DNA from: an uncultured Methylophaga sp. | GTDB taxonomy: Bacteria; Pseudomonadota; Gammaproteobacteria; GCF-002020875 | Direction: 5' to 3' | DNA: 64,000 bases | Assembly: GCA_937877715.1 (NCBI GenBank) | Contig: CALEHW010000046.1 | Coordinates: 89,690-153,689 of the forward strand | Shown: piece by piece, positions 1 to 11,632 of the stretch | Numbering within the stretch: position 1 is the stretch's first letter | How the letters are laid out: each line of letters begins with the position of its first letter | The notes under the pieces: model-generated | What the model was told of the DNA's origin: nothing | The model's input: the letters and a program-made list of their open reading frames with translations, nothing else | The model's database searches: none | Made by a program: the position numbers and the translations under genes

Positions 1-345
1 CTCCAGCTCAACCTCAAGGATTAACTGATCCCCAGGCTCCACCGATTTACGGAATCGTGCCTTGTCAATGCCGACAAAATAGTAGAGAGAGCGGTCAGTT
101 GGAAGATTTCCCGTGGTCTTGAAGGAGAGAATGCCGGTTGCCTGTGCCAGTGCCTCCATAATCAATACCCCTGGCATCACCGGCACATGGGGAAAGTGGC
201 CCTGAAAAAAAGGCTCGTTGATGGTCACATTCTTCATCGCCCGCAGGCTCTTGCCAGGCTCGAACTCAAGCACTCGATCCACCAGCAGGAATGGGTAACG
301 GTGGGGGAGGTGTTTCATCACCTCATTGATATCCATCTGACTCAT
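1..345 (-). CDS. fabZ: 3-hydroxyacyl-[ACP] dehydratase FabZ (partial; C-terminus lies beyond the window edge)
   Basis: Reverse-strand translation from the ATG at 343-345 gives [28 protein letters not shown]...[11 protein letters not shown], the typical FabZ hot-dog N-terminus. It sits just downstream of lpxD in the conserved lpxD-fabZ order. It is absent from the ORF track because it runs off the window. Confidence 0.85.
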   Translation of the reverse strand, partial: MSQMDINEVMKHLPHRYPFLLVDRVLEFEPGKSLRAMKNVTINEPFFQGHFPHVPVMPGVLIMEALAQATGILSFKTTGNLPTDRSLYYFVGIDKARFRKSVEPGDQLILEVELE

Positions 346-360
346 TTTTTCTATTCCTTT

Positions 361-1410
361 TTAATCCGTATTACTGCCATCCAGCTGCTCACTGATCAAC
401 TCCACCCTCTTCTCCAGAGCTCTCAGTCTCTGTATAGATTCGTTCAGCTTTCTGAACTGTACAACATTTCTTCTCCATTTTCGGTTTGGATCTGCTGGAG
501 TTGCAGATGAGTAGAGTCCGGGTTTATTGATAGATCGAGTGATTAGTGTCCTGGCCGTACAGTGGGTACCATCCACAATCTCCAAGTGCCCCACAATCCC
601 CGCCTGCCCTCCAAAAGTACAGCCGGAACCAATAACTGTACTACCAGCAACTCCAACCATGGCAGCCATGGCACTATTCTCTCCAATCCGTACGTTGTGG
701 GCGATATGGACCAGATTATCGATCTTGACCCCGTCCTCAATCACCGTATCCTCCAGCGCCCCTCGATCAATTGTGGAGTTGGCGCCAATCTCTACCCGAT
801 CCCCAACTACAACCCGTCCCAGTTGCGGTATCTTGATCCAGCTCCCCTCTTCATTAGCAAAGCCAAAACCATCACTTCCCAGGACCGCCCCGGGGTGGAT
901 AATACAATCGTCCCCAATTACGGTATCTGGCATAAGCGAAACATTGGCCAGCAGGCGGGTTCCTCTACCAATCCTGCATCCGCTGCCAATTACTGAGCCG
1001 GCTCCAATAAAAACCGACTCACCAATCTCAACGCCCTCCATCACCACACAGTTGGGGCCAACCCATCCACCACCGGCTATGGAGGCAGTTTCATCAACCA
1101 CGGCTGAGGGATCTCCACCCTCACCCTTGAATGAGAATGGGTGTAGTATTGATGCAACCTTTGCATACCCCAGATAGGGGTCATCCATAAGCAGTCGATT
1201 TCCACTGAATCGGTCCCGCTGGTCAGGACGAAGAATCACTGCTGCAGCCCCAGTTGATGAGAGATTGGGGAGGAACCTGTCCGATGAGAGGAAAGAGATC
1301 TGCCGATTGGTTGCATTACTCAGGGGTGCAACTGCATCAACCAGACAGTCTGGGTCTCCGATAAGCTCTGCCCCTATCTGCCCTGCAACTTCTCCCAGAC
1401 TGATCCCCAT
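361..1410 (-). CDS. lpxD: UDP-3-O-(3-hydroxyacyl)glucosamine N-acyltransferase LpxD
   Basis: 349 aa with left-handed beta-helix hexapeptide repeats (many [LIV]G..xx[LIV] units). N-terminus MGISLGEVAGQIGAELIGD is typical of LpxD. Synteny skp-lpxD-fabZ. Confidence 0.9.
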   Translation of the reverse strand: MGISLGEVAGQIGAELIGDPDCLVDAVAPLSNATNRQISFLSSDRFLPNLSSTGAAAVILRPDQRDRFSGNRLLMDDPYLGYAKVASILHPFSFKGEGGDPSAVVDETASIAGGGWVGPNCVVMEGVEIGESVFIGAGSVIGSGCRIGRGTRLLANVSLMPDTVIGDDCIIHPGAVLGSDGFGFANEEGSWIKIPQLGRVVVGDRVEIGANSTIDRGALEDTVIEDGVKIDNLVHIAHNVRIGENSAMAAMVGVAGSTVIGSGCTFGGQAGIVGHLEIVDGTHCTARTLITRSINKPGLYSSATPADPNRKWRRNVVQFRKLNESIQRLRALEKRVELISEQLDGSNTD

Positions 1411-1422
1411 GGGATTTGGCTC

Positions 1423-1986
1423 CTATTTGGGGGATTCTGCTGCTGTTTCTTTATCCGGCTGTTCCGATACAACCTTCAGCGCATTCAGAACCTTGCGAGA
1501 TATATCAACACCAGGAGAAGCAAAAATAACAGCCTCATTTACAATCAGGTCAAACTGTTCCTGCTCCGCAATCTGATTTACAGCATCGTAGACCAGACGC
1601 TGTAGTTTCTGGAGCTCCTCAGCCTGAGCAATTCGTAGATCTTCGCCGTACTCCTCATCCATCAACTTCAGTTCACTGCCACAAGAACGGATCTTGCGAA
1701 TTTTTTTCTGCTTTTGCTGCTGGCTCAACGCCACACCCTCACGCTCCAATTCAACCTCCATCTCCTTGCAGCTCTTCTGGAAACTGAGAATTTCCGCTTT
1801 TCTCTCCCCAAATGCTTGCTCAAGTCGCCTAGTTGCTACATCTGCCTGTGGAACTTTCTGCAACAATAGATTGATATTTACAAAACCAATCTTGCTCCCC
1901 TCTGCATGCACCCCCGAGATTGCCAACAGCAATATGCTCGAAATAATTGCTTTTATTTTTTTCATATCCATCCCCTGAATCAACAT
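1423..1986 (-). CDS. skp: Periplasmic chaperone Skp (OmpH)
   Basis: About 180 aa, signal peptide (KKIKAIISSILLLAISGVHA), then a highly charged coiled-coil-rich body. Located between bamA and lpxD as in most Proteobacteria. The true start may be the internal MKKIK. Confidence 0.8.
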   Translation of the reverse strand: MLIQGMDMKKIKAIISSILLLAISGVHAEGSKIGFVNINLLLQKVPQADVATRRLEQAFGERKAEILSFQKSCKEMEVELEREGVALSQQQKQKKIRKIRSCGSELKLMDEEYGEDLRIAQAEELQKLQRLVYDAVNQIAEQEQFDLIVNEAVIFASPGVDISRKVLNALKVVSEQPDKETAAESPK

Positions 1987-4263
1987 CTAAAACATCTGTC
2001 CCATACTAAACTGGAAGGGCTCAAGGTCATCCTCAGACTTCTCCCTTAACGGTATTGCCCAACTAAATGTCAGTGGTCCTACCGGGGAGAACCATTTAGC
2101 TGTTACCCCTGCTGAGGCACGCAATTTATCACCTAATTCACCTCCATTATTGGCGACTGTACCCATATCGACAAAACCACTTACCCGTGTGGACTCCACA
2201 TCTTTAAGGAATGGGACTGGGAGAATCACCTCAGCATTAAGTATTCCTTTGATGTTTCCACCAACTGCATCACCAGATGAATCAACAGGCCCAATTGAAT
2301 TGCCCTTGAATCCACGGACTGAACCCTCTCCACCTGCATAGTATCGACTAAAAAATGGCAATGTGTTCTGATCGCCATAACCATCACCAACTCCAATATT
2401 CCCCTTCAACATCATAGTGTAATCATCGGCAATTGGATAGAAGAAGTCGTGTCGATAATCTATTTTATAATATTCAATACCACCCGGTGCACCCATCTCT
2501 GCTGTGAGGCGCTGATAGCTACCCTGATCCGGGAACACCGCACGGTTACGGCTATCCCTACTCCAGCTTGCCGACAGCTCCAACACATTGAAGGATCCCC
2601 CCTCAGCATCTAGGAAAGTATCACACTCACTATTTGTTGATGCAGTTCCGCAGGTAGTATCACTCATAAATTGCGGCTCAAAACCAACGAATAGTTTTTC
2701 ATACTCACTGGTGGGAATCCCCAAATCCAGATTAGCGCTGAGTGAATCATAACTATAAGCACTCTCACTTCCGTTAGAGTCCTGCTTCTTCCGGAAATGT
2801 ACCCCCCCCCCTAAACTAATCCCATCATCGGTAAAATAGGGGTCTCTGTATCCCAATCCATAAGCTGTCTCACTATCGCCACTGTTGAATTCAACATCCA
2901 CACTCTTCCCTGACCCCATAAAGTTATTCTGCTGAAGGTTAAGATTCATCATCATGCCACCGGTCTGTGAGTACCCCATACCAACCATCATGCTTCCGGT
3001 TGATTGCTCCTTGACCTGATAATTAAGTTCTACCTTATCAGTCGTTCCTGCAACCGGCAGTGTCTCTACCGAGACATCTTCAAAATATCCAAGCTTTCGT
3101 ATACGGGTCTGGGAACGCTCTACCTCCTTGTTTGAGAATCGGCTCCCCTCATACTGGCGCATCTCTCTACGAATCACCAGATCCTGGGTCTTGGTATTCC
3201 CCACAATATTGACCCGATCCACATAGACCCGATTTCCAGGGTCGACAAAAAATGTCAGGTCCACCACGCTGTTCTCTTCATCCAGATCAGGAATCACATT
3301 GATATTGGCAAAGGCGTAACCATCCTCTCCAAGACGATCGGTCAACGCCTCGTTGACGGCCGCAATCTCCTTACGCGAGAAGTCATCACCACTCTTCATG
3401 ATGATCTTCTCCTCTAGCTCCTCCTCTGAAACCACCATCTTGCCATCCAGCCTGATCTCTCCCAAAGTAAATTTGCTGCCCTCGTTCATGTTTATAGTTA
3501 TGTATATCTGCTGTCTATCCGGGGTAATCGACACCTGAGCAGATTCAATCTCAAAATTAATGAAACCCCGATCCAGATACCAGGAACGCAGTGTCTCCAA
3601 GTCACCCGCTAGTTTCTGCCTGGAGTACCGATCATTCTTGGTAAAGAATGAGAACCAGCCCCCAGTATTCAGTTGAAATAGGTCTCTCAGATCATCGGTC
3701 TCAAAGGCCTGGTTACCGATTAGAGTTATCCGGCGAATTCTCGCGCTCTCCCCCTCCTTTACCTGAACCCTTACCGCAGAGCGATTACGTTCCAGAGGTG
3801 TAATGGTGGCCTCAATTTCAACACCATAACGGCCCATCCCCAGATATTGGCGCCGCAGCTCGGCCTCAATTTTGTCCAGTAGCGCCCGGTCCAGCACCCT
3901 CCCCTCTGACAGCCCGATACCCTTGAGACCCTCTTTGAGATCCTCAGTCTTGATAACCTTGTTGCCATCAATGGTGATATCTGCAATTGCTGGTCGTTCA
4001 ATCACCGAAATCAAGAGAATATCCCCATCCTGCTCCAGACGAACATCCTTGAAAAAGCCGGTCTTGAATAGCGCCTTGATTGCATCTGCCGATCTGCGTG
4101 AAGTCAGCTCATCCCCAACCTTCAGGGGGAGGTAGTTGAAGATGGTACCAGCCGCAATCCGCTGTAGCCCCTCTACCTTGATATCCTCAATTACAAATGG
4201 CTCAAAGGCCCATGATGTGATGGAGGAGAAGAACAGAAAAAGAGAAAAAACAATGCGTTGCAT
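1987..4263 (-). CDS. bamA: Outer membrane protein assembly factor BamA
   Basis: 758 aa with signal peptide, POTRA-like N-terminal repeats and a C-terminal beta-barrel ending ...FQFSMGQMF (aromatic terminal residue). Conserved rseP-bamA-skp order. Confidence 0.9.
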   Translation of the reverse strand: MQRIVFSLFLFFSSITSWAFEPFVIEDIKVEGLQRIAAGTIFNYLPLKVGDELTSRRSADAIKALFKTGFFKDVRLEQDGDILLISVIERPAIADITIDGNKVIKTEDLKEGLKGIGLSEGRVLDRALLDKIEAELRRQYLGMGRYGVEIEATITPLERNRSAVRVQVKEGESARIRRITLIGNQAFETDDLRDLFQLNTGGWFSFFTKNDRYSRQKLAGDLETLRSWYLDRGFINFEIESAQVSITPDRQQIYITINMNEGSKFTLGEIRLDGKMVVSEEELEEKIIMKSGDDFSRKEIAAVNEALTDRLGEDGYAFANINVIPDLDEENSVVDLTFFVDPGNRVYVDRVNIVGNTKTQDLVIRREMRQYEGSRFSNKEVERSQTRIRKLGYFEDVSVETLPVAGTTDKVELNYQVKEQSTGSMMVGMGYSQTGGMMMNLNLQQNNFMGSGKSVDVEFNSGDSETAYGLGYRDPYFTDDGISLGGGVHFRKKQDSNGSESAYSYDSLSANLDLGIPTSEYEKLFVGFEPQFMSDTTCGTASTNSECDTFLDAEGGSFNVLELSASWSRDSRNRAVFPDQGSYQRLTAEMGAPGGIEYYKIDYRHDFFYPIADDYTMMLKGNIGVGDGYGDQNTLPFFSRYYAGGEGSVRGFKGNSIGPVDSSGDAVGGNIKGILNAEVILPVPFLKDVESTRVSGFVDMGTVANNGGELGDKLRASAGVTAKWFSPVGPLTFSWAIPLREKSEDDLEPFQFSMGQMF

Positions 4264-4298
4264 AATTATTAAGATTAACCGTATATCTAATGAGTTAG

Positions 4299-5681
4299 CT
4301 ACATCAATCGAAGAAGATCATTGTATAGTGCCAGTGACATCAATCCAACCAGAAATACAATACCAAGCCTCTGACCAAAGGCCATCGCACTCTCGGAGAG
4401 TGGCTCACCGCGTACCCACTCTACCAGGTAGTAGAAGAGATGCCCCCCATCCAGCAACGGCACAGGCAACAGATTCAATACCCCCAGACTGACACTGATC
4501 AACCCCAGAAAAGAGAGAAACGGCACCACTCCACTCTCCATGGATATGCCAGCATAACGGGCGATACTGATTGGCCCACTCAACCCATCTGTAGAGGTTG
4601 CGCCCACGACCATGCGCCCCATCACCTGCAGGGTCATGGATGCCATCTCCCAGCTCTTCTCGGTGCCACGAACCAGCGCCTCCAGTGGGCCATATTGGGC
4701 CTCACGATAGTGCTCCTTGCGATATTGGGTCAGATCAACCGCTACACCAATCCTGCCGATTACCTCTTTTCCACTCTCTCCAGCGGGTAGCTCAACCTCA
4801 ACCATGGCTGGGGTCAGCTGTAGCGGGAAGATCACCCCATCACGCTCTATGATCAGCGACAACTGCTGCTCCGGACTCTCTCGCACCCACTCCACCCACT
4901 CTCTCCAGGAGGTTATCTCCTCACCCTCAACACTCAATATCAGATCTCCATCCTCAAGCCCGGAGAGCTCCGCCGCCCCGCCCGACACCAACTCGCCAAG
5001 TCTGGGAGGAATAGGGGGGCGGCTCATAGTGAATCCCAACTGCTCCAGCAGCTCCATCCCCTCAGGAATATTCTCCCTGAACGGATTTTGCAGGAGCAGT
5101 TTCTGCGCCACCCCGGAACTGCTGACTATCTCCAGAGGAATTTCATCCCCCAACACAACCGACCCAAGGATTCCCTCCAGCGCCTGCTGCCATATCCTTA
5201 CAGGCCTGCCACCAACCGAGATGATCTCATCTCCGGAGTGCATGCCGGACAGTGCAGAGATAGAGCCCTCATGAACCTCGCCAACTACAGGTTTCATCCC
5301 GCTGACCCCAACCATCTGAATCGAGCTGAATGCAATAATCGCAAAGATAAAATTAAACAGTGGTCCTGCCGCTACAATGGCTGCCCTGGCAGAGAGTGGC
5401 TGGGAGTCAAATGAGCGCTCCCTATCGGCCTCGGGGACCTCATCGTCACCACTCTCACCCAGCATCTTCACATAGCCGCCTAGGGGGAGAGCTGCAATCA
5501 CATATTCAGTACCATCCTTCTGACCAATTCTGCGCCACAACGGGCGTCCAAAACCTACCGAAAAACGCAGAACCTTCACCCCCACACGACGTGCCACCCA
5601 GAAGTGGCCAAACTCATGGACTGTTACCAGAATTCCGATGGCAACAACAAACGCTAGTAGCGCGTAGAGACCCGACCCCAT
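4299..5681 (-). CDS. rseP: RIP zinc metalloprotease RseP (site-2 protease)
   Basis: 460 aa with an HEFGHF zincin motif near the N-terminus, a PDZ-like middle and multiple TM helices. Sits in the dxr-rseP-bamA context. Confidence 0.9.
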   Translation of the reverse strand: MGSGLYALLAFVVAIGILVTVHEFGHFWVARRVGVKVLRFSVGFGRPLWRRIGQKDGTEYVIAALPLGGYVKMLGESGDDEVPEADRERSFDSQPLSARAAIVAAGPLFNFIFAIIAFSSIQMVGVSGMKPVVGEVHEGSISALSGMHSGDEIISVGGRPVRIWQQALEGILGSVVLGDEIPLEIVSSSGVAQKLLLQNPFRENIPEGMELLEQLGFTMSRPPIPPRLGELVSGGAAELSGLEDGDLILSVEGEEITSWREWVEWVRESPEQQLSLIIERDGVIFPLQLTPAMVEVELPAGESGKEVIGRIGVAVDLTQYRKEHYREAQYGPLEALVRGTEKSWEMASMTLQVMGRMVVGATSTDGLSGPISIARYAGISMESGVVPFLSFLGLISVSLGVLNLLPVPLLDGGHLFYYLVEWVRGEPLSESAMAFGQRLGIVFLVGLMSLALYNDLLRLM

Positions 5682-6875
5682 CTACCCTCTCCCCTTGATC
5701 AAAGCGGTGGCCACAGCGCGTGCCTCCTCATCCTTCGAGAATACCAGATCAAGATCTGTCACCTCCTCCACAGCAACCTCACTCATAGTCTGCTCAATAA
5801 CCTCTGCAATCTCCATATAATCAATCTCACCATTCAGAAAAGCTGCTACCGCAACCTCATTGGCGCCATTCAGTACCGTTGTTGCACTCCCTCCATGTAC
5901 CATTGCATCGATAGAGAGGCGCAGACATGGGTAACGCCCGAAATCTGGCTGCTCGAAATCAAGCTTCGCCACCTCGAACAGATCCAGATTCCCAACCCCT
6001 GAATCAATTCTCTCCGGCCAGCTGAGCGCATGTGCAATCGGCGTCCTCATATCTGGATTGCCCATCTGTGCCAGTACAGAACCATCGCTGTACTGCACCA
6101 TAGAGTGAATAATGCTCTGCGGATGAATCACCACCTCAATCTGCTCCGGCGCGGCCCCAAACAACCAGCAGGCCTCAATAAACTCCAGCCCCTTGTTCAT
6201 CATGGTTGCAGAGTCAACCGAGATCTTCCTCCCCATACTCCAGTTGGGATGGGCAACTGCCTCATCAGGAGTAACCGTCCCCAGAGTCTCTACTGCCCGT
6301 TTGCGGAAGGGACCGCCAGACCCAGTTAGCAGGATCTTCTCCACCCCCGCAGGAAACTTACCCAGAACCCCATGCTGAGGCAGGCACTGAAAAATCGCGT
6401 TATGTTCACTGTCGATCGGCAACAACTGCGCCCCATTGGCCACCACCTCCTCCATGAAGAGGTGACCAGTCATCACCAGAGACTCCTTATTTGCCAGCAA
6501 TATCCGCTTGCCTGCACGTACCGCAGCCAGCGTTGGTCGCAGACCTGCGGCACCAACAATTGCCGCCATTACCTGATCGACCGCGGGGGCAGATGCAATC
6601 TGCTCCATCCCCTCCACACCTGATAGTACCGTAGTCTCTGGAGCTATATCCCGCAGCAACCTCTCCAGCTGCTCCGCACCATCTGCCTCTGTAACTACTG
6701 CAAAATCAGGATGAAACTGCCCGCACTGCTCAGCCAGCAACTCAATCTGACTATGTGCTGTAAGTGCAACAACCCGATATTTGTCGGAATGTCTGGAGAT
6801 CACATCCAGCGTACTTCTGCCGATAGATCCAGTTGCCCCCAGGATGGCAACGCCCTGTATACGTCCCTCCCCCAT
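5682..6875 (-). CDS. dxr: 1-deoxy-D-xylulose 5-phosphate reductoisomerase
   Basis: 397 aa with N-terminal NADPH-binding [13 protein letters not shown], the Dxr hallmark. Sits between cdsA and rseP. Confidence 0.9.
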   Translation of the reverse strand: MGEGRIQGVAILGATGSIGRSTLDVISRHSDKYRVVALTAHSQIELLAEQCGQFHPDFAVVTEADGAEQLERLLRDIAPETTVLSGVEGMEQIASAPAVDQVMAAIVGAAGLRPTLAAVRAGKRILLANKESLVMTGHLFMEEVVANGAQLLPIDSEHNAIFQCLPQHGVLGKFPAGVEKILLTGSGGPFRKRAVETLGTVTPDEAVAHPNWSMGRKISVDSATMMNKGLEFIEACWLFGAAPEQIEVVIHPQSIIHSMVQYSDGSVLAQMGNPDMRTPIAHALSWPERIDSGVGNLDLFEVAKLDFEQPDFGRYPCLRLSIDAMVHGGSATTVLNGANEVAVAAFLNGEIDYMEIAEVIEQTMSEVAVEEVTDLDLVFSKDEEARAVATALIKGRG

Positions 6876-7690
6876 CAGAGCCCTCCAGAGACAATCAGGA
6901 TGGAGAGAAATATCGGGGCAGCAGCAGTCAGACTATCCACCCGATCAAGTATCCCACCATGGCCAGGGATCAGATTGCCACTATCCTTCAGCCCTGCACT
7001 ACGTTTGTAACTGCTCTCCACAAGATCACCGACTACCGAGAATATGACTATGCCCACTACAGCTAACATGAACAGCGGCAGCCCCATACCTGACCACCCC
7101 ATATAGAGATAGGCGACGGATGCAAAAACAGCTGAGAAACCGATCCCCCCAAGCAGCCCCTCTATACTCTTGCCCGGGCTTACATTGGGAGCAAGTTTTC
7201 TGCTGCCAAAACTGCGCCCAACCAGGTAGGCACCGATGTCGGCGCTCCAGATCAACAGCAGCAGAAAAAATAGCAGCTCAACACCCTGCTCCTGGTGATG
7301 AATCACCTCCAGTGAGCGCCATGCTGGAATCAATACAAATATCCCGGCAATACGGCTTGTAACCGGGGCAAAGAGCCACCCTGTCCCCGCAGGAAAGTGG
7401 CGTAACCAGAGGAGCGCGCCCCACCACCAGAACAGAGCCGCCCCCAGCAGCCACTCCACCGAAATAAAACGACTTAAATAGAAGAGGAGAACCAACAACA
7501 CCGTATACCATAGGTGAGGCCAGAACATGGTCTGCCCGGAGAGTCGTCCCCACTCCCATGCAGCCGGAATCAGCAGTAGCGCAAGCAAAATCGAGAAATT
7601 ATCTCCACGCAGATAGAGCAGAGCTAGCAGTAGTAGAGGTCCCAACACCAACGTACTGATTGTGCGCTGCGCAAAGGAGGATAGTTTCAC
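6875..7690 (-). CDS. cdsA: Phosphatidate cytidylyltransferase CdsA
   Basis: 271-aa polytopic membrane protein with the C-terminal CTP-transferase signature region (SxxKRxxGxKDxGxxIPGHGGxLDRxDS). uppS-cdsA synteny. Confidence 0.85.
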   Translation of the reverse strand: MKLSSFAQRTISTLVLGPLLLLALLYLRGDNFSILLALLLIPAAWEWGRLSGQTMFWPHLWYTVLLVLLFYLSRFISVEWLLGAALFWWWGALLWLRHFPAGTGWLFAPVTSRIAGIFVLIPAWRSLEVIHHQEQGVELLFFLLLLIWSADIGAYLVGRSFGSRKLAPNVSPGKSIEGLLGGIGFSAVFASVAYLYMGWSGMGLPLFMLAVVGIVIFSVVGDLVESSYKRSAGLKDSGNLIPGHGGILDRVDSLTAAAPIFLSILIVSGGL

Positions 7691-8427
7691 TATTTGATAC
7701 CTCCACCTAACTGCTCACTTGTGCGCCCAAAACGGCGCTGCCGCCCCCCAAAGGAGGAGACCGCATCCTCTAGGGCAGAGCGATCAAATTCGGGCCAGAA
7801 AAGATCAGAGAAATAGAATTCACAATAGGCCATCTGCCACAAAAGGAAATTGCTGACCCGCTTCTCTCCCCCAGTACGGATAAAGAGCTCCGGCTCCGGG
7901 AGATCACTCAGAGTTATCTTCTGCTGCACCATCTCCTGCGTGATCTGCTCTGGATCCACTCTGCCTGCAGCCACCTCCACACAAAGCTGCCGTGTCGCTT
8001 CTGTTATATCCCAGCGCCCACCGTAGTTTGCTGCAATATTCAGCGACAACGTGCGATTATTCTTGGTCAACTCCTCAGACTCGGCAATGGCACTCTGCAG
8101 TTTTTCGGGGAACCTGCTGCGATCCCCAATAATGCGGAGACGAATCCCGTTCTTGTGAAGACGCTTGACCTCTCGTTTCAGGGATGACATGAAGAGATCC
8201 ATCAGAAAAGAGACCTCCTCCTGTGGCCGCTTCCAGTTTTCCGTACTGAAGGCAAACAGGGTAAGCGCCTCAACTCCCATATCAATACAGGCCTCAACAG
8301 AGGAGCGTACTCTCTCCACCCCGCGCTTGTGGCCCCAGAAACGCAGTCTATTTTGCTGACGCGCCCAGCGTCCATTGCCATCCATGACAATGGCTATGTG
8401 GCGTGGAACTTGCTGACCTGAAGACAC
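7690..8427 (-). CDS. uppS: Ditrans,polycis-undecaprenyl-diphosphate synthase UppS
   Basis: 245 aa with the conserved IAIVMDGNGRWA cis-prenyltransferase motif. Confidence 0.9.
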   Translation of the reverse strand: MSSGQQVPRHIAIVMDGNGRWARQQNRLRFWGHKRGVERVRSSVEACIDMGVEALTLFAFSTENWKRPQEEVSFLMDLFMSSLKREVKRLHKNGIRLRIIGDRSRFPEKLQSAIAESEELTKNNRTLSLNIAANYGGRWDITEATRQLCVEVAAGRVDPEQITQEMVQQKITLSDLPEPELFIRTGGEKRVSNFLLWQMAYCEFYFSDLFWPEFDRSALEDAVSSFGGRQRRFGRTSEQLGGGIK

Positions 8428-8449
8428 AATAGGAAGATGGTGGCAGAGA

Positions 8450-9007
8450 TCAGATCTCCATCAGATCGGCCTCTTTGGCCTGAATGGTCTGATCAACCTC
8501 AGCCACATAACGGTCTGTCAGACTCTGTACATCATCAATGGCACCATGCTCCTCATCCTCCGATATCTCTTTCTCTTTGAGCAACTCCTTGAAGTCACTA
8601 TTTGCATCACGGCGAATATTGCGGATTGCAACCTTGGCTGACTCCCCCTCATGCTTGACAACCCGAACCAAGTCGCGGCGACGCTCCTCAGTCAATGGCG
8701 GCAAGGGAATACGAATTATAGTTCCTGCAGTTGCTGGATTAAGCCCCAGATCGGCCTCCATGATAGCCTTCTCTATCGGCTGAACCATGCTCTTCTCCCA
8801 AGGAACAACCGTCAAGGTGCGAGAATCAGTTGCATTAACGTTAGCAACCTGATTCAGCGGGGTAAGGTTCCCATAGTAGTCCACGCTCACCTGCTCCAGC
8901 AGATTTGGATGGGCACGCCCCGCCCTTAGCTTGGAGAGTTCCCCCCTCAGTGACTCAACACTCTTTCCCATGCGCTCTTCCGCATCCTGTTTTATCTCAT
9001 TAATCAT
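8450..9007 (-). CDS. frr: Ribosome recycling factor
   Basis: 185 aa with the conserved RRF sequence pattern. pyrH-frr synteny. Confidence 0.9.
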   Translation of the reverse strand: MINEIKQDAEERMGKSVESLRGELSKLRAGRAHPNLLEQVSVDYYGNLTPLNQVANVNATDSRTLTVVPWEKSMVQPIEKAIMEADLGLNPATAGTIIRIPLPPLTEERRRDLVRVVKHEGESAKVAIRNIRRDANSDFKELLKEKEISEDEEHGAIDDVQSLTDRYVAEVDQTIQAKEADLMEI

Positions 9008-9733
9008 TCACAACTCCTTTGTGACCAATGTGCCTTCATCTTCGTTCAACAGGGCGACACGCAGCCCTCCAGGACGCATCATATTGAATACTCTAAGCGG
9101 CATATTATGCTCTCGACAGAGAACAATTGCAGTCAAATCCATCACCCCAAGCCGCTTTTCAAGCACCTCTTCATAACTGATACGGCTAATCAAAGTAGCA
9201 GTTGGATCCTTCACCGGATCGGCACTGTAAACCCCATCCACTTTGGTTGCCTTCATCACTACATCCGCCCCCACCTCAATCCCCCTGAGGCAGGCTGCAG
9301 TATCGGTGGTAAAGAATGGATTCCCCGTCCCCGCCGCAAACAGCACCACCTCCCCCCTCTTCAGGGCAGCAACTGCCACGTGGGTACTGTATTCATCACA
9401 AACTTTGGATATCTTGAAGGCTGACATGGTACGTGCCGCCACTCCCGCCTGGTTCAGGGCATCACGCACGGCAATGGCATTCATCACCGTAGCCAGCATC
9501 CCCATCTGGTCACCGGTTACCCGACTGACGCCAACCTCTTCCAGACTAGCTCCGCGACAGTAGTTTCCTCCGCCAATCACTATGGCAACCTGAACCCCAA
9601 GCTCGGTAATAGCCGTTATCTCCTCTACCATCTGCGCCAGAACAACAGGATCGACACCCTGACAACCCTCCCCCATCAGCGCCTCACCACTGAGTTTTAG
9701 TAGAATTCGACGATATATTGACTGCTCTGACAT
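9008..9733 (-). CDS. pyrH: UMP kinase PyrH
   Basis: 241 aa with the [13 protein letters not shown]... amino-acid-kinase fold N-terminus typical of PyrH. Sits between tsf and frr. Confidence 0.9.
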   Translation of the reverse strand: MSEQSIYRRILLKLSGEALMGEGCQGVDPVVLAQMVEEITAITELGVQVAIVIGGGNYCRGASLEEVGVSRVTGDQMGMLATVMNAIAVRDALNQAGVAARTMSAFKISKVCDEYSTHVAVAALKRGEVVLFAAGTGNPFFTTDTAACLRGIEVGADVVMKATKVDGVYSADPVKDPTATLISRISYEEVLEKRLGVMDLTAIVLCREHNMPLRVFNMMRPGGLRVALLNEDEGTLVTKEL

Positions 9734-9802
9734 CTCAATTTCCCTCTCTTTCCGGAGCTGTAATTGGCTATGTTCACAAACCCAAGATTATACCTATAAC
9801 CC

Positions 9803-9835
9803 AAAAAAAAGCCCTCCATCAGGAAGGCTTTTTAA
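9803..9835 (-). terminator. Putative rho-independent terminator downstream of tsf
   Basis: GC-rich inverted repeat (agccctcc ... ggaaggct, one G-U wobble) flanked by A/T runs on both sides. It lies 20 bp past the tsf stop codon on the transcribed (minus) strand. Confidence 0.5.
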
Positions 9836-9857
9836 CCGACTACAGATGACAGATAAC

Positions 9858-10739
9858 CTACCCTTGAACCTGGGCCATCACCTCATCTGCAAAATTTTCC
9901 TCTTTCTTCTCAATACCCTCACCAACCTCGAAACGGTCAAATGAGACAATGGTTGCACCATTGGCATCCATCAGTTTGGCAACAGTCTGATCCGGGTCCT
10001 TCACAAAAGGCTGGCCCAACAAGGTCACCTCATTAACAAACTTCTTCATCCTGCCTATTACCATCTTCTCGATAATATTTTCAGGCTTGCCACTCTCGGC
10101 CGCCTGGGCAGAGAATATCTCTCTCTCCTTATCCAAAACCTCGACAGGAATATCCGCCTCGGAAAGAGCTACTGGACGACTTGCAGCGACATGCATGGAG
10201 ACATCCTTAGCCAACACGGCATCACCGCCCTGTAGCGCAGTCATTACTCCGATACGACCACCATGCGAGTAGAATCCGATCACACCATCATCTGAGTCGA
10301 TGATGGAGAAACGACGTACAGTCATATTCTCACCGAGCTTTGCAATCAACTCCTGACGACGCACCTCAACAGTGGTCGATCCACCGGAGAGATCCATATC
10401 ATTAAGAGCGGCCACATCAGCTGGCGACCCAGAGAGAACTGTTGCTGCGATCTGGTTGGCAAACTCGATAAACTCATCACCTTTTGCGACAAAATCGGTC
10501 TCACAGTTAACCTCAACCATAACCCCGCAGGAGCCATCATCACTAACACCAATCGCCACAATACCATCTGCCGCAACCCGTGACGCCTTCTTGTCAGCCT
10601 TGGCCAGACCAGACTTTCTCAGGTTCTCAATTGCCGTATCTATATCGCCATCAGTCTCTACCAGAGCCCTCTTGCACTCCATCATTCCGGCACCGGTACG
10701 CTCACGCAGTTCCTTTACCTGACTCGCTGTAATTGCCAT
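9858..10739 (-). CDS. tsf: Elongation factor Ts
   Basis: 293 aa with N-terminus [26 protein letters not shown] (UBA-like EF-Ts signature). rpsB-tsf synteny. Confidence 0.9.
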   Translation of the reverse strand: MAITASQVKELRERTGAGMMECKRALVETDGDIDTAIENLRKSGLAKADKKASRVAADGIVAIGVSDDGSCGVMVEVNCETDFVAKGDEFIEFANQIAATVLSGSPADVAALNDMDLSGGSTTVEVRRQELIAKLGENMTVRRFSIIDSDDGVIGFYSHGGRIGVMTALQGGDAVLAKDVSMHVAASRPVALSEADIPVEVLDKEREIFSAQAAESGKPENIIEKMVIGRMKKFVNEVTLLGQPFVKDPDQTVAKLMDANGATIVSFDRFEVGEGIEKKEENFADEVMAQVQG

Positions 10740-10795
10740 GCGTTTCTCTCCTTAATCCTTAATATAACTGTAGCTACCTAGTGGTAGCCGCAGCG

Positions 10796-11632
10796 TTATT
10801 CTGCCTCTGTCGTCTTCTCGGCGGCTACGGTCTCAGTCACCTCATCAACTGCTGCGACCTCAGGCTCAGCTGGGGCAGCCTCTGCCTCTACGGCAGGTTT
10901 CTCTGCGGCCTTCTCTGGCTGCGGCTCTGCCTTTGCTACAGGTGCTGTAGCAGATGCACCTCTTGCATCAATGATTGCGTCTGCTGCGGCACGAACATAG
11001 AGCTGAATCGCCCGTATTGCATCGTCATTTCCGGGAATGACATAGTCAACAACCTCAGGGTTGTTGTTGGTATCGACCACACCAATCACAGGGATTCCAA
11101 GTTTTCTTGCCTCGTTGATGGCAATACCTTCATGTCCGGTATCGATAACAATTACCGCAGATGGCAATCCGCCCATGTCCTGAATTCCACCAAGCGTACG
11201 CTCCAGCTTCTCCAGTTCACGGGTCATCATCAAACCCTCTTTCTTGGTGAGGCGTTCAAGACGACCATCCTCCCTCATCGCCTGAATATCCTTGAGGCGA
11301 CGAATGGACTGTTTGACTGTCTTGAAGTTGGTGAGCATTCCACCCAGCCAGCGGTGGTTGACATAGGGCATGCCGGCACGCTCAGCCTCTTCACGAATAT
11401 TCTTCTGCGCTGCACGCTTGGTTCCCACAAACAGGACCTTGCCATTCTTTGCAGCCACCCCACCGATGAAGTTCATTGCATCCTGAAACATCGGCAATGT
11501 CTTCTCGAGGTTAATGATATGAATCTTGTTACGATCACCAAAGATGTAAGGTGCCATCTTGGGATTCCAAAAACGTGTTTGGTGGCCAAAGTGAACACCA
11601 GCTTCCAACATCTGTCTCATAGAAATGGACAT
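10796..11632 (-). CDS. rpsB: 30S ribosomal protein S2 with an acidic Ala/Glu/Pro-rich C-terminal extension
   Basis: The conserved S2 start [26 protein letters not shown] lies at the ATG at 11630-11632. The track ORF adds 17 upstream codons that precede the conserved start and are probably not translated. The C-terminal roughly 45 aa are a low-complexity AEP-rich tail. Confidence 0.9.
   Translation of the reverse strand: MSISMRQMLEAGVHFGHQTRFWNPKMAPYIFGDRNKIHIINLEKTLPMFQDAMNFIGGVAAKNGKVLFVGTKRAAQKNIREEAERAGMPYVNHRWLGGMLTNFKTVKQSIRRLKDIQAMREDGRLERLTKKEGLMMTRELEKLERTLGGIQDMGGLPSAVIVIDTGHEGIAINEARKLGIPVIGVVDTNNNPEVVDYVIPGNDDAIRAIQLYVRAAADAIIDARGASATAPVAKAEPQPEKAAEKPAVEAEAAPAEPEVAAVDEVTETVAAEKTTEAE

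Noticed and set aside
187-510. 107-aa plus-strand ORF at the fabZ/lpxD junction
   Set aside because: It overlaps the FabZ N-terminus and lpxD C-terminus on the other strand, both of which have strong homology signals.
527-1177. Plus-strand ORFs (216 aa and 144 aa) overlapping lpxD
   Set aside because: They are antisense to the LpxD hexapeptide-repeat gene. The Pro/Ser/Thr-rich composition comes from repeat codons on the opposite strand.
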